A stretch of 64,000 nt of DNA from Calditrichia bacterium (GTDB lineage Bacteria > Calditrichota > Calditrichia > JAJRVZ01). Positions 1-10,348 of the stretch are shown here, one piece after another. Both the position numbers and the translations under genes were made by a program. The stretch covers positions 96,001-160,000 of the forward strand of contig CAWCNS010000005.1 in the NCBI GenBank assembly GCA_963796965.1. Direction: 5' to 3'. The notes below the pieces were generated by a model that was not told where the DNA came from, made no database searches, and was given only the letters and a program-made list of their open reading frames with translations. The stretch's first letter is position 1. The number at the start of each line of letters is the position of its first letter.

Positions 1-317
1 AGTGATATAACATGAATTATTATTATCACTCCTACCTGTTTCTCTTTTAGATAGAGGTGAGTTAATATCTCGGGTTTATTAAATGTTGACAATTATTCTT
101 TCACTCTAATGTGTAGTAGTAAAATTTTCTTCGCGTTCTCTGTGTTTATAAATTAGTTTACATTTTACTTCGAGTATGTTTAATATGCAATTTTTCACAG
201 TAACCTTCCACATAAAATATAATTACTATAAATGCAAAAATAATTCATAAATGCTTCAGGTATGTATTTCGAATTAAACTGGTAAGAAGATGATTTGTTC
301 AATACCAAATATATGTT

Positions 318-356
318 GGTATAAGGAATAGGGTATAAGATATAAGGAAATAAGGT
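318..356 (+). repeat. Degenerate heptamer tandem repeat (GGTATAA-like), direct-repeat copy 1
   Basis: GGTATAA GGAATAG GGTATAA GATATAA GGAAATAAGGT; 331-356 matches 1351-1376 at 25/26. Confidence 0.8.
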
Positions 357-441
357 GACTCAAGATCCCGGTCTCAGAAAATTCTCTAATTTCTACTTCC
401 ATAAATTGGCAGTATAATTGGAAAAAGGTGTATATTCGGTT

Positions 442-1365
442 ATGATCTTTAAAATATATTTCAACAATGTAGTTGATATCATTCTAATGACTTTTAGTGA
501 ATGGATCAACGATAAAGCATTTAGAATGGCGGCAGCACTTTCCTTCTATTCATTGATATCTCTTGCCCCGTTTATCTTAATAATAACGGCTGTAGCAGGA
601 TCCCTATTCGGACAACAAGCGGTTACCGGGCAATTGGTATCAAGTCTAGACGAGTATGTTGGCATTGAATCTGCAGAATTTATTCAAACACTCATTTTAA
701 ATGCTTATGTTCCCGAATCCGGAATTGTTGCCACGCTGATTAGTCTGATTATATTTATCTGGGCAGCGCTTGCGGTTTTTGTTGAAATTAGAGATTCATT
801 AAATACGATCTGGGGAATAGAAGTAAAACCCGGAAAGGGCATAATAGAGTTTTTTACCAGCAGGCTATTTTCACTTCTGATCATATTTTTAATCGGACTC
901 GTTTTCATTTTATCACTCATTGCCGGCACATTATTAAATATGGTGGTTACCTATCTTCCTGATTTTATCGCTGAGAGTGTTATGCTTCTTCAGGGGCTGG
1001 ATATTCTTTTATCAATTATAATTGTGGCAATTCTATTTATGATTGTGGTTAAATATCTTTCAAGTGTTAAAGTAGAGTGGCGATATGTGTTAATTGGTGC
1101 ATTCTTTATGTCTGTATTATTTTACTTAGGGAAGTTTCTAATTGGGTATTACCTTAGTAAATCAAATTATTCATCCGTATATGGGGCTGCTGGATCCCTG
1201 GTGATGTTACTTCTTTGGATCTATTATTCGAGTCTGATTTTCTTTTTTAATGCTGAACTTACCCAAGTTATCAGGAATAAGTTTTCTAATAAATCCCTGG
1301 CTCTTGATGAGAATGTGTTAAACATTACCAAGGTGGGTGAGCAGGTTGAAGGGTATAAGGTATAA
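442..1365 (+). CDS. YihY/virulence factor BrkB family membrane protein
   Basis: AAALSFYSLISLAP and YGAAGSLVMLLLWIYYSS motifs, multiple TM segments; ATG at 442 preferred over TTG 418. Confidence 0.92.
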   Translation: MIFKIYFNNVVDIILMTFSEWINDKAFRMAAALSFYSLISLAPFILIITAVAGSLFGQQAVTGQLVSSLDEYVGIESAEFIQTLILNAYVPESGIVATLISLIIFIWAALAVFVEIRDSLNTIWGIEVKPGKGIIEFFTSRLFSLLIIFLIGLVFILSLIAGTLLNMVVTYLPDFIAESVMLLQGLDILLSIIIVAILFMIVVKYLSSVKVEWRYVLIGAFFMSVLFYLGKFLIGYYLSKSNYSSVYGAAGSLVMLLLWIYYSSLIFFFNAELTQVIRNKFSNKSLALDENVLNITKVGEQVEGYKV

Positions 1366-1376
1366 GGAAATAAGGT
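1351..1376 (+). repeat. Heptamer-derived direct-repeat copy 2, overlapping the yihY stop codon
   Basis: GGGTATAAGGTATAAGGAAATAAGGT. Confidence 0.8.
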
Positions 1377-1405
1377 AACCGGTAATACTAATAGATGGGG
1401 CACAT

Positions 1406-2032
1406 ATGGATATTCAAAAAATTTTTAAAAACAACAACGATTGGGTACAAAAAAAACTGAGTACAGATCCGAATTATTTTAAAAACTTGTCCAAGGATCA
1501 GGATCCGGATATACTCTTAATCGGATGCTCTGACAGCAGGGTGCATATTGAAGAATTAATGGGCGTTCAACCGGGAGATGTCTTTATCCACAGAAATATT
1601 GCCAATATGGTTCCAAATACAGACTTAAATGTACTCTCGGTGATTGATTATGCTGTAACACAATTAAATGTTAATCATATTGTGGTATGTGGGCATTATC
1701 ATTGCGCTGGTGTGAAAGCGGCCATGCATTCAGCTGATATGGGAATTGTGAATTCCTGGTTAAGAAATATCCGCGATGTTTATCGTCTTCATAAAGAAGA
1801 ATTAAACCAGATTGTTGACGAAGAACAGAGATATAAACGACTCGTCGAATTAAACGTTCGGGAACAATGTATAAATGTCATAAAGACATCTGATGTACAG
1901 CGCGCCTATCTTGATAGAAAAATCACCGTGCATGGGTGGGTTTTTGATATTCATTCAGGAAAATTAATTGATTTAAAAATTGACTTCAGAAAAGCAATGC
2001 AAGATGTTATGGACATCTATCGTCAAAAGTAA
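1406..2032 (+). CDS. can: Beta-class carbonic anhydrase
   Basis: GCSDSRV, HRNIAN and GHYHC zinc-ligand motifs. Confidence 0.95.
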   Translation: MDIQKIFKNNNDWVQKKLSTDPNYFKNLSKDQDPDILLIGCSDSRVHIEELMGVQPGDVFIHRNIANMVPNTDLNVLSVIDYAVTQLNVNHIVVCGHYHCAGVKAAMHSADMGIVNSWLRNIRDVYRLHKEELNQIVDEEQRYKRLVELNVREQCINVIKTSDVQRAYLDRKITVHGWVFDIHSGKLIDLKIDFRKAMQDVMDIYRQK

Positions 2033-2305
2033 ATAGATTTAATCTGTAGAATTTCTTTATTCCCATATTTTTTTTTGACACGCTGAAAGTATCGATTGGA
2101 TTAATCGAAATTTATTATCGTATATAACTAATTACTATATACTTACGCCCTCCTGAATCCTTTCCTATACCCCGCCCGGGTGGCAAGAATTTAAAAAATG
2201 CAATAAATTACCCATGACCAATGCTTATTTTTCGAAAAATCTGGGCTTCGTCATAGGCTTGGTAGTAAGTTTTTCAAACTCCAAAAGTCAATCAGGTGAT
2301 GAACA

Positions 2306-3313
2306 ATGAAATATATATTTATTCTATTATTGCTAGGCACCAGCCTTTATGCCTCATCCAAAAACGATTCGCTTGTTTTTAAGAATGGAAACATTATGGT
2401 GGGCGAGATTAAATCCATGGATCGTGGTTTGGTGGTTGTGGAAACTGACTATAGCGATAGCGATTTTAAAATTGATTGGGAAGAGATCCGAACCATTAAC
2501 ACGACAACCTTATTTTTTATTACGTTGACCAATGGTGAAAAATACTATGGTACATTAAAGTCGGATTCAGAATTAACCATCAATATTCTAACTGTCGACG
2601 ATAGAGTTGTGGCGTGTATTTCAGACGAAATCGTATTTCTTCGACAATTTAAAAAAGCATTCTGGGACAGACTATATGCTTCTATCGATATAGGTTTTAG
2701 TCTGACCAAAGCAAATAATTTGCGTCAGTTTACTTCCCGTAGTACGATAGGCTTTAGAGCTGAGAAGTGGACGTTAGATGCAACATTTAATACGCTTAAT
2801 TCAACACAAGATGATGTTGAGTCCATTGAACGAAGTGATGGTAAAATTGATTATCGTTATGTCCTACCACAAAGTTGGTATGCTATTACCACTATTTCTT
2901 TAGCCTCCAATACAGAGCAGAAGCTGGATAATCGGTTAAATGGGCAGCTCGGTTTTGGTAGATTTTTTATCCGAACCAATTCTGCCTATTGGGGAGTAAA
3001 TTTAGGTGTAAACAGGAATATTGAGCGCTATACCAATGAAACACCAGACCGGGATAGCTGGGAAGGATATCTTGCCACTGAGTTAAATTTATATGACATT
3101 GGCGATTTTAGCTTGTTAACCAGTGTGAAGGCCTACCCTGGAATTACAGCAAAAGAAAGAATTCGAGCTGAATATACCCTGGATACGAAATATGACCTAC
3201 CCTATGATTTCTATATAAAAGTTGGTATGACAATAAATTATGACAACAGGCCCGCTGAAGGAGCAAGCGAAATCGATTATGTGTTTCAGACCGGTTTTGG
3301 GTGGGAATGGTAG
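2306..3313 (+). CDS. DUF481-like outer-membrane beta-barrel protein
   Basis: Signal peptide, N-terminal DSLVFKNGN..GEIK module, amphipathic strands, aromatic C-terminus GFGWEW. Confidence 0.8.
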   Translation: MKYIFILLLLGTSLYASSKNDSLVFKNGNIMVGEIKSMDRGLVVVETDYSDSDFKIDWEEIRTINTTTLFFITLTNGEKYYGTLKSDSELTINILTVDDRVVACISDEIVFLRQFKKAFWDRLYASIDIGFSLTKANNLRQFTSRSTIGFRAEKWTLDATFNTLNSTQDDVESIERSDGKIDYRYVLPQSWYAITTISLASNTEQKLDNRLNGQLGFGRFFIRTNSAYWGVNLGVNRNIERYTNETPDRDSWEGYLATELNLYDIGDFSLLTSVKAYPGITAKERIRAEYTLDTKYDLPYDFYIKVGMTINYDNRPAEGASEIDYVFQTGFGWEW

Positions 3314-3321
3314 GCACTATT

Positions 3322-3348
3322 TTGGAATTAGGAATTAGGATTTTGGAT
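3322..3348 (+). repeat. Heptamer tandem repeat (GGAATTA)
   Basis: TGGAATTAGGAATTAGGATTTTGGAT just after the stop codon. Confidence 0.55.
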
Positions 3349-3546
3349 GCTGATGTAAGTGATGTAAATACTAATTGGGAGGAGCGTGTAAAAGCAGAAG
3401 ACATTTCATTTGATTAGTTGAGTTTTATTGGCCGGACCAATTTTGTCTTAAGTCTGGATCTATCTCTAAGTAGAGAACTTGCCGGTCGAAACGAATGGAC
3501 GCTCTGGCAAAATACAACCGAGTTTAGTATGCGCTATTTGTTTTAG
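3346..3546 (+). pseudogene. C-terminal remnant of an outer-membrane beta-barrel gene
   Basis: Frame reads ...LSLDLSLSRELAGRNEWTLWQNTTEFSMRYLF*, one internal TAG at 3415, no start; terminal YxF barrel signature. Confidence 0.45.
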
Positions 3547-3649
3547 TACATACCTGATTTTTTTGTCATTAGGCAAATAGTCTATAATCTTCCTTATTTC
3601 TGTAGAATTTCTACAAATTTAATCACTAAATTTCAGTCAAAAACATAAT

Positions 3650-4324
3650 ATGAAGTTACTTCTGGTAGAAGATAATATCCGCTTAGCGGAGGATATGCTG
3701 AACTTCCTGGTCAGCAATGGATTCGTAGTTGAACATGCGGCTACATTGCAGGAAGGATTTGAAAAAATTAATGTATATCAATACGATTTGGTTATTGTTG
3801 ATATTGGATTACCGGATGGCAATGGATTAGAGTTAATACGGAAAATGAAAGAAAAAGGAATGGATACTGCCATTCTTATTGTAACAGCAAAAAATGCGAT
3901 AGAAGATAAAGTCCACGGACTTGATTTGGGTGCTGATGATTATATTACCAAACCTTTCCATAAATCTGAATTAAATGCGCGGATTCGATCAATATTGCGT
4001 CGAAATAAATTTAACAGCAGCAACATTCTAAGTATGAATGAAGTTAAAATTGATATTATCGCCGCACAAACTTTCGTTAATGACAACCCAATCCTGTTAA
4101 CAAAAAAGGAGTATGATTTACTACTGTACTTTATGTATAACCAGAACCGGGTATTGACCAAAGACAGTATTGCTGAACATTTATGGGGTGATCATATTGA
4201 TCAGGCGGATAGTTTTGACTTTTTATATAATCATATAAAAAATTTACGAAAAAAAATTATTAACGCCGGCGGTAAAGATTACATAAAATCCATGTATGGT
4301 ATGGGATATAAATTTTGTGAATAA
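3650..4324 (+). CDS. OmpR-family response regulator
   Basis: LLVED, DIGLPD, GADDYITKPF, winged-helix C-terminus YGMGYK. Confidence 0.96.
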   Translation: MKLLLVEDNIRLAEDMLNFLVSNGFVVEHAATLQEGFEKINVYQYDLVIVDIGLPDGNGLELIRKMKEKGMDTAILIVTAKNAIEDKVHGLDLGADDYITKPFHKSELNARIRSILRRNKFNSSNILSMNEVKIDIIAAQTFVNDNPILLTKKEYDLLLYFMYNQNRVLTKDSIAEHLWGDHIDQADSFDFLYNHIKNLRKKIINAGGKDYIKSMYGMGYKFCE

Positions 4325-4329
4325 TTCTT

Positions 4330-5620
4330 ATGAAAAAATTAAAATCAATTAGACTTTTATCTAAGACCACATTCTTTTATCTGATTTTTACTTTCCTGGC
4401 CTTTTCTTTAAGCGCGGTTTTTTTAATACAAGATGCTGAAGAGTTTATTAATGAAGAATTAGAGCATCGTTTTGAGCACACTGAAAGAAAGATTCGACGA
4501 CAGGTAGAAGAAGGGAATGTTCCGGTCAAAGTATTACGCAATGCTGTTTTATCCGAATTGGCAGGTAATTCCGAAACATCTCCTGACCACGGTATATTCA
4601 GATACATTGATTTTTAATGCTGAAACAGATGAGATGCAACTCTATCGAAAAAAAATCATCATCTTCAAAGAAAAGGATAAATACTATAAACTCACGATCA
4701 TTAAAAGTCTCCAGGATTTTTACCGGTTAAAAAATGATATTTTCGGAGCATTAATCCCGGCCTTCGCTATATTGGCCATTGCCCTTATTTTATTCAGTTC
4801 CTTTTTATCAGGTTCATTGTTTAAACCATTTAATAAGATACTATCACAAATGAGAACCTATAAAGTTGGATCAGAATATGAAATTAAGAATGTCAATACC
4901 ACTACAAGTGAATTTAAAAAAATGCAACAGTTGTATCACGAAATGGTCGGTCGAATTGAGCATGATTACCGGAACTTGAAAGAGTATACAGAAAACATGG
5001 CCCATGAAATTCAAACACCCTTAACTATAATTAGAAATAAAACAGAAAACCTGATAGGAGATGAGGCGGTGATGGAAGTTCATGCCTCCTCGGTGAAAAT
5101 AATATATGATGAAACCAATCACATCTCCAAATTAGGAAACACATTAAATCTACTTACAAAAATAGAGAATCAGGAATTTCGAAATGCTGAACAAATTTCA
5201 ACTCAGGCTGTTATTGAAAAACATCTTGAATCAATATCTGAAGTTGCCAGACTAAAATCCCTTGTAATAGAAAAAAAATTATCTGAAGAGCATGTTTTAC
5301 TCATTGATCCATTTTTGCTCGATATCGTCTTGAAAAATCTCTTACGCAATGCCCTTCGTTATGGAAGCAAAGAAGGACCTATCAGGATTGAAACGAATGC
5401 CGATAGTTTCTCTCTAAGCAACTACGGCAAACCGTTGGGAGAAGGACAGGAACGACTTTTTGAACGGTTCTTCAGGGAAAATGGGACACAAACGGCTCAA
5501 GGATTGGGCTTGTCATTGGTAAAAAAAATATGCGATCTCAATAATCTGACCATTAAATATGAATATAAAAATAATCAGCACATATTTACAATCGTGATAA
5601 ACGATAAGCATCTCACATAA
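4330..5620 (+). CDS. Sensor histidine kinase (split by a frameshift near 4580)
   Basis: N-terminal TM in 4330-4617; H-box AHEIQTPL, N-box NLLRNALRYG, GLGLSLV in 4517-5620. Confidence 0.9.
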
Positions 5621-5649
5621 AATTTTTTAACAAAAAATGGAGCTGATTA

Positions 5650-6852
5650 ATGCGGAAGATGATTTTAAACCATAATAATTTTATCGCAAAATTATTTTTT
5701 AGTTTTCTCAAAATGCCGACCTCTAACTCTTTTAATACTATCAAAGGGTGTATCTTCCTAAGCACTTTTATTTTAATTGCTATATCTCTGTTATCAGGAT
5801 GTGGAAGTGATAAAGCTGGGGAAAATCAGAGTAACGATCCTGGTAAATCTGAAGGCAGTGATTCTAATATCTCAGCTGCCATACCTGTTCAGGCGGTTGC
5901 AGTAAAAAGGGGTGAAATCTCTCTTTCACTCATGCAAACGACGACCATTGAAGCCATACGCCAGGTCGACATATTAACAAAAGTATCAGGTCAGGTTGTA
6001 AAACTACCCGTTGAAGAAGGGGATAGGGTAAAAAAAGGTGAATTATTAGCCGAATTGAATGAGGCGGAATTACAAATTGAATTCATGATGACTAAAGTCA
6101 GTATGGAAACGGATAAAACCATGCTTGACCGTGCTCAGAATATGCTCGATAAAAAGCTTATTGCTGAAGAAAACTATGAGATAACCCGGTTGCAATATGA
6201 GAGTTCCAAGGCCGCCCATGAAGCGGCGCGTCTTCAATTGGGATATACAAACGTGCGGGCACCATTTAATAGCGTGGTCACAATCAGAAATATTGAGATG
6301 GGGCAACGGGTTAATGTGAACCAGTCACTCTTTGTTGTAGCTGACTTCAATCCTTTAAGGGCAAAAATATATGTTCCGGAAAAAGATATTGGTCGTATAT
6401 ATGAGGGGCAAAGAGCGAAAATTACTATTGAAGCTGAACCTGATTTCGAATTCTCTGGTCTGGTAAAAATGATTAGTCCTGTGGTTGACCCTTCCAGTGG
6501 AACCTCAAAAGTTACAATTGATATTGATGATCATGGAGGAAAACTAAAGCCTGGTATGTTTGCATCAGTTTTTATCACAACAGAAACCCATAGTGACGCC
6601 TTAATTATACCCAAAAAGGCGTTAATATTGGAAAGTGACCTTGATCAGGTTTATATCTATAATGATGGAAATGCCCATAAGGTTAATCTCGTGGTAGGTT
6701 TTAATTCTGGTGAAGATTTAGAAGTGCTTTCTGGTCTGAAAGAGGGAGATCTTGTTGTTACTGCGGGTCAGGATGGTCTGCGAGAAGGCTTACCTCTTAG
6801 AATTCCTGAGAGGGATTCAAATCTTACACAGACACGAAATGATTCCATTTGA
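5650..6852 (+). CDS. RND efflux periplasmic adaptor (MFP), probable lipoprotein
   Basis: LSGC lipobox, VEEGDRVKKGELLA, VRAPF, LKPGMF; start uncertain. Confidence 0.93.
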   Translation: MRKMILNHNNFIAKLFFSFLKMPTSNSFNTIKGCIFLSTFILIAISLLSGCGSDKAGENQSNDPGKSEGSDSNISAAIPVQAVAVKRGEISLSLMQTTTIEAIRQVDILTKVSGQVVKLPVEEGDRVKKGELLAELNEAELQIEFMMTKVSMETDKTMLDRAQNMLDKKLIAEENYEITRLQYESSKAAHEAARLQLGYTNVRAPFNSVVTIRNIEMGQRVNVNQSLFVVADFNPLRAKIYVPEKDIGRIYEGQRAKITIEAEPDFEFSGLVKMISPVVDPSSGTSKVTIDIDDHGGKLKPGMFASVFITTETHSDALIIPKKALILESDLDQVYIYNDGNAHKVNLVVGFNSGEDLEVLSGLKEGDLVVTAGQDGLREGLPLRIPERDSNLTQTRNDSI

Positions 6853-7008
6853 ATGAAGGATAAGATTGGGATATCACCTTACGGCCCTATCTATCCTAAA
6901 GGCGGCGTCAAAATCTGCATGAAAAAATAAAAATGGGAGCCATAGAGTACCTGGAGGGGATTAAAGGGTAGAGGTCCTGGTTGTTAATGATACTCTATGA
7001 ATTCAATT

Positions 7009-7071
7009 AGACCCTGAAACAAGTTGATCAGGGTATGACGTATATGTCATCCCGAACTTGATTCGGGGTCT
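7009..7071. repeat. Head-to-head pair of GTCATCCCG...CGGG palindromic elements
   Basis: AGACCCTGAAACAAGTTGATCAGGGTATGAC / GTCATCCCGAACTTGATTCGGGGTCT. Confidence 0.75.
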
Positions 7072-7109
7072 CATTAGGTGATGAATAGCCAAACAAAGGT
7101 ACTACATAT

Positions 7110-10100
7110 ATGAATATCTCAGAATTCTCTGTAAATAAACCAATTTCAATGCTTATGCTCATATTGAGTATCATTGTGCTGGGATTTCTGGCATTGGAGC
7201 GATTGCCCCTGGCCTTCCTGCCCAATTTTTCATCGGATGATGTGGATATCAATATCCCCTATATCTCATCATCGCCTGAAGAAGTGGAGAGACTTATTAC
7301 CCGGCCAATTGAGGAAATCATGAGTACACTTCCGCATTTGGAAAATATCAGTTCAAGTTCATCGGCAGAAGGATCTAGAATCGAAGTAGAATTTGTTGAC
7401 GGTATCGATATGGGTATGGCTGCGGTGGGGGTGCGTGACCGGTTGGATCGGGTTTGGCCGCAACTTCCCGATGATGTGGATCGCATATTTATCAGAAGAT
7501 GGAGTTCGACAGATATTCCGGTTCTTCGGTTTAGTATTGCCTGGGAGGGATCTCTTGATGAACTCCACGACATCATAAATAAAATACTGGTGCCACGTAT
7601 TCAGCGTATTGAAGGTGTGGCCAATATCGATCTTGGGGGAATAGATGAGCGTCATGTATTAGTCGAATTAGATTTTGAACGGATGCGGGCGCATCATATC
7701 GATGTCTATGATTTGAGCCGCAGTTTGCGTGTAAATAATGTTAATATCGCAGGCGGGTGGATCATTGAAGCCGGGCGCAAACATACGGTACGAACAATGG
7801 GAGAATTTCAATCTGTCGAGGAGATTGCCCAGGTACCAATACAGGGTACGCAATTGGTTCTGGGTGATATCGCCAATGTGAAATTTGGGTATCCGGAAAA
7901 AACAAGATTTCAGAGACTTAATCGCAATGATGCGATCGTTGTCGATGTTTTTAAGTCATCAACGGCAAATGTGGTTGAGGTGGCCACAAATGTAAAAAGC
8001 CTGTTAAAAGAATTGCAGGGTGAGTCTAATCTCTCCAATCTAAATATGCACATTGTCCGTGATCAATCAGAAGAAATTCTGACCAGTTTAAAAAATCTAG
8101 CCTATGCAGGTATCTTTGGGGCAGTTTTAGCAACCCTGGTGCTCTTTATATTTTTACGCAAAGTACGCAGCACCATCATTATCTCTTTTGCAATTCCCAT
8201 CTCAATTATCGCCACAGCGTTCCTAATGTATATATTACGGTTAGCGCCTTTTAACTCACAAATTACGCTAAACATTGTTTCACTTTCGGGCCTCATGTTT
8301 GCTGTGGGTATGCTCGTCGATCCAGCGGTTGTGGTATTGGAAAATATCTTCAGACATAAACAGGAGGAAGGATTAAGTGCCCGCATGGCAGCTATTGTGG
8401 GATCTCGTGAGGTGTCTGTTGCCGTCGTCTCCGCCACGCTTACAACTGTCATTGTTTTCGTACCTCTCGTTTTCCTGTCAGAATCATCGATGGGTAGATG
8501 GTCCCGGGATTTTGGTATCGCTATCGTAACGGCCACACTCGCCAGTTTAGTGATTAGTCTTACCTTAATTCCCTTAGCCGCATCTCGGATTTTTACCGGC
8601 AAAGAGAGGCCTCAGGCAGGTTTTTTGATACGTATGGGTGATTCTTACGGTGAGACACTAAAAAAAGTCATCAAATATCGATTTGCAGCGTTGCTTGTTT
8701 TTATGGCCATTAGTTGGGGAGCATGGGAATTGTATGAGAGCATTGACAGAGATTGGCAACCACGCATCCCAGAACGAAGATTTGATCTGGCAATGGATCT
8801 TCCCCGGACTTACGATGTCACTCAAATCGAGGCGTTGTATGATACCCTGGAAACCATACTCCTCGATCAAAAAGAGAGTCTGGAGATTTCTCAGGTATCC
8901 AGCCGATATATGAAACATCGCGGTCATTATCATGCCAATTTAACGATTTATTTTACACCGGAAGAGGAGGCTAAAAAAGAAACAACCGATTTGTACAATG
9001 ATGTTCGGGCGGTATTGCCTCCGATCCCTGGTGTTCAATACAGGGTTGGGGAAATGCGTGGGCGGGGTGGACGTCAAATGGGTGTAAGAGTGCAATTGAA
9101 AGGAAAGAATACAGCGATTCTGGCTAATTATGCAGAAGAAATTAAAAATCTTCTCCGGGATATACCAGGGGTAAAGGATATCGATACATCGCTTGAACAG
9201 GGTGAGGAAGAAATGCGTATTACGGTGGATCGGGTGCGTGCCCAGAAATATGGCCTTTCTGCCCAACAGGTTGCACGATCAATCAACTCGGCTCTTAGCA
9301 GCCGCTCCAACTCCCGTTTCAAAACAGAGGATAAAGAAGTAAACATACTGGTGCAACTCTCTGAAGAAGACCGGGTGAACCTGAATCAACTGGAAAATAT
9401 GGCGATTCGCAGTAATAGTGGTGAAATGGTTCAGATCGGATCGGTTGTAGATTTTGACCTGCAAAAAGGACCGGATGCGATCCGCCGGGAAGACCGTCAA
9501 ACGACGATAACGGTATTTGCCAATACGGAACGGGCCGGTCTGCGAAATGTCAGTGAGGAAATTACTAAGAAAATGGCCTCTGTAAAACTGCCGCCGGGAT
9601 ATGGTTGGGGGCTGGGGCGTAATTGGATGCTCATGCGGGAAATGGAAACAGAATCAAATTTTGCTATTATTTTAGCCCTAATACTTGTGTATATCGTTAT
9701 GGCTTCATTATTTGAGTCCTTTATCCATCCGTTTACGATACTGCTAACTGTCCCATTTGCTGTTATTGGTGTTCTTTTTATGTTCTGGGCAACCAACACT
9801 AATCTAACAAATATGGCCTATCTGGGAATTATTGTAGTTTGTGGTCTGGTTGTTAATAATGGGATTATCCTAATCGATGCGATCAATAAATTCCGCCGAA
9901 AAGGAATGCCGCGGGAAGAGGCGATAAGGCTTGGTGGACGAAACCGGTTACGACCGATTCTGATGACCACACTAACGACAATCATTGGTCTTATGCCATT
10001 GGCCTTACCGGCAATGTTTCCGGCTTTCTTCGGACCGCAAGAGGGAAGATCTGCCATGTATACGCCGGTTGGGCTAGCGGTTGTTGGGGGATTATTAACC

Positions 10101-10232
10101 AGCACGCCACTCACTCTTTTTTTAATGCCCATTGTATATATTATGCTTGATGATCTTATTTCATGGATATCAAAAATTATTAATACGGCAAAGCGGATCA
10201 GATTAACGAACCTACAGAAAAGTGAAATTTAG
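7110..10232 (+). CDS. RND efflux permease (AcrB/MdtB-like) subunit 1
   Basis: 1040 aa, GMLVDPAVVVLENI, RLRPILMTT. Confidence 0.96.
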   Translation: MNISEFSVNKPISMLMLILSIIVLGFLALERLPLAFLPNFSSDDVDINIPYISSSPEEVERLITRPIEEIMSTLPHLENISSSSSAEGSRIEVEFVDGIDMGMAAVGVRDRLDRVWPQLPDDVDRIFIRRWSSTDIPVLRFSIAWEGSLDELHDIINKILVPRIQRIEGVANIDLGGIDERHVLVELDFERMRAHHIDVYDLSRSLRVNNVNIAGGWIIEAGRKHTVRTMGEFQSVEEIAQVPIQGTQLVLGDIANVKFGYPEKTRFQRLNRNDAIVVDVFKSSTANVVEVATNVKSLLKELQGESNLSNLNMHIVRDQSEEILTSLKNLAYAGIFGAVLATLVLFIFLRKVRSTIIISFAIPISIIATAFLMYILRLAPFNSQITLNIVSLSGLMFAVGMLVDPAVVVLENIFRHKQEEGLSARMAAIVGSREVSVAVVSATLTTVIVFVPLVFLSESSMGRWSRDFGIAIVTATLASLVISLTLIPLAASRIFTGKERPQAGFLIRMGDSYGETLKKVIKYRFAALLVFMAISWGAWELYESIDRDWQPRIPERRFDLAMDLPRTYDVTQIEALYDTLETILLDQKESLEISQVSSRYMKHRGHYHANLTIYFTPEEEAKKETTDLYNDVRAVLPPIPGVQYRVGEMRGRGGRQMGVRVQLKGKNTAILANYAEEIKNLLRDIPGVKDIDTSLEQGEEEMRITVDRVRAQKYGLSAQQVARSINSALSSRSNSRFKTEDKEVNILVQLSEEDRVNLNQLENMAIRSNSGEMVQIGSVVDFDLQKGPDAIRREDRQTTITVFANTERAGLRNVSEEITKKMASVKLPPGYGWGLGRNWMLMREMETESNFAIILALILVYIVMASLFESFIHPFTILLTVPFAVIGVLFMFWATNTNLTNMAYLGIIVVCGLVVNNGIILIDAINKFRRKGMPREEAIRLGGRNRLRPILMTTLTTIIGLMPLALPAMFPAFFGPQEGRSAMYTPVGLAVVGGLLTSTPLTLFLMPIVYIMLDDLISWISKIINTAKRIRLTNLQKSEI

Positions 10233-10348
10233 TATCATAAATTTTTTTAATAAAAATTATTCTGAAGAGCCAAAGGTCGTCTAATCCCAAAGGCCTGAAG
10301 GACCCAGTGGCCATTTTAAATACTATAGGAAATGAATAGGTGTAATAA

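Noticed and set aside
2205..2270. Possible structured leader upstream of the DUF481 gene
   Set aside because: Only imperfect pairing and no riboswitch consensus recognised; an Rfam/Infernal scan would decide
3415..3417. Amber read-through in the OMP remnant
   Set aside because: No start or N-terminus, and TAG is a normal stop elsewhere in the window
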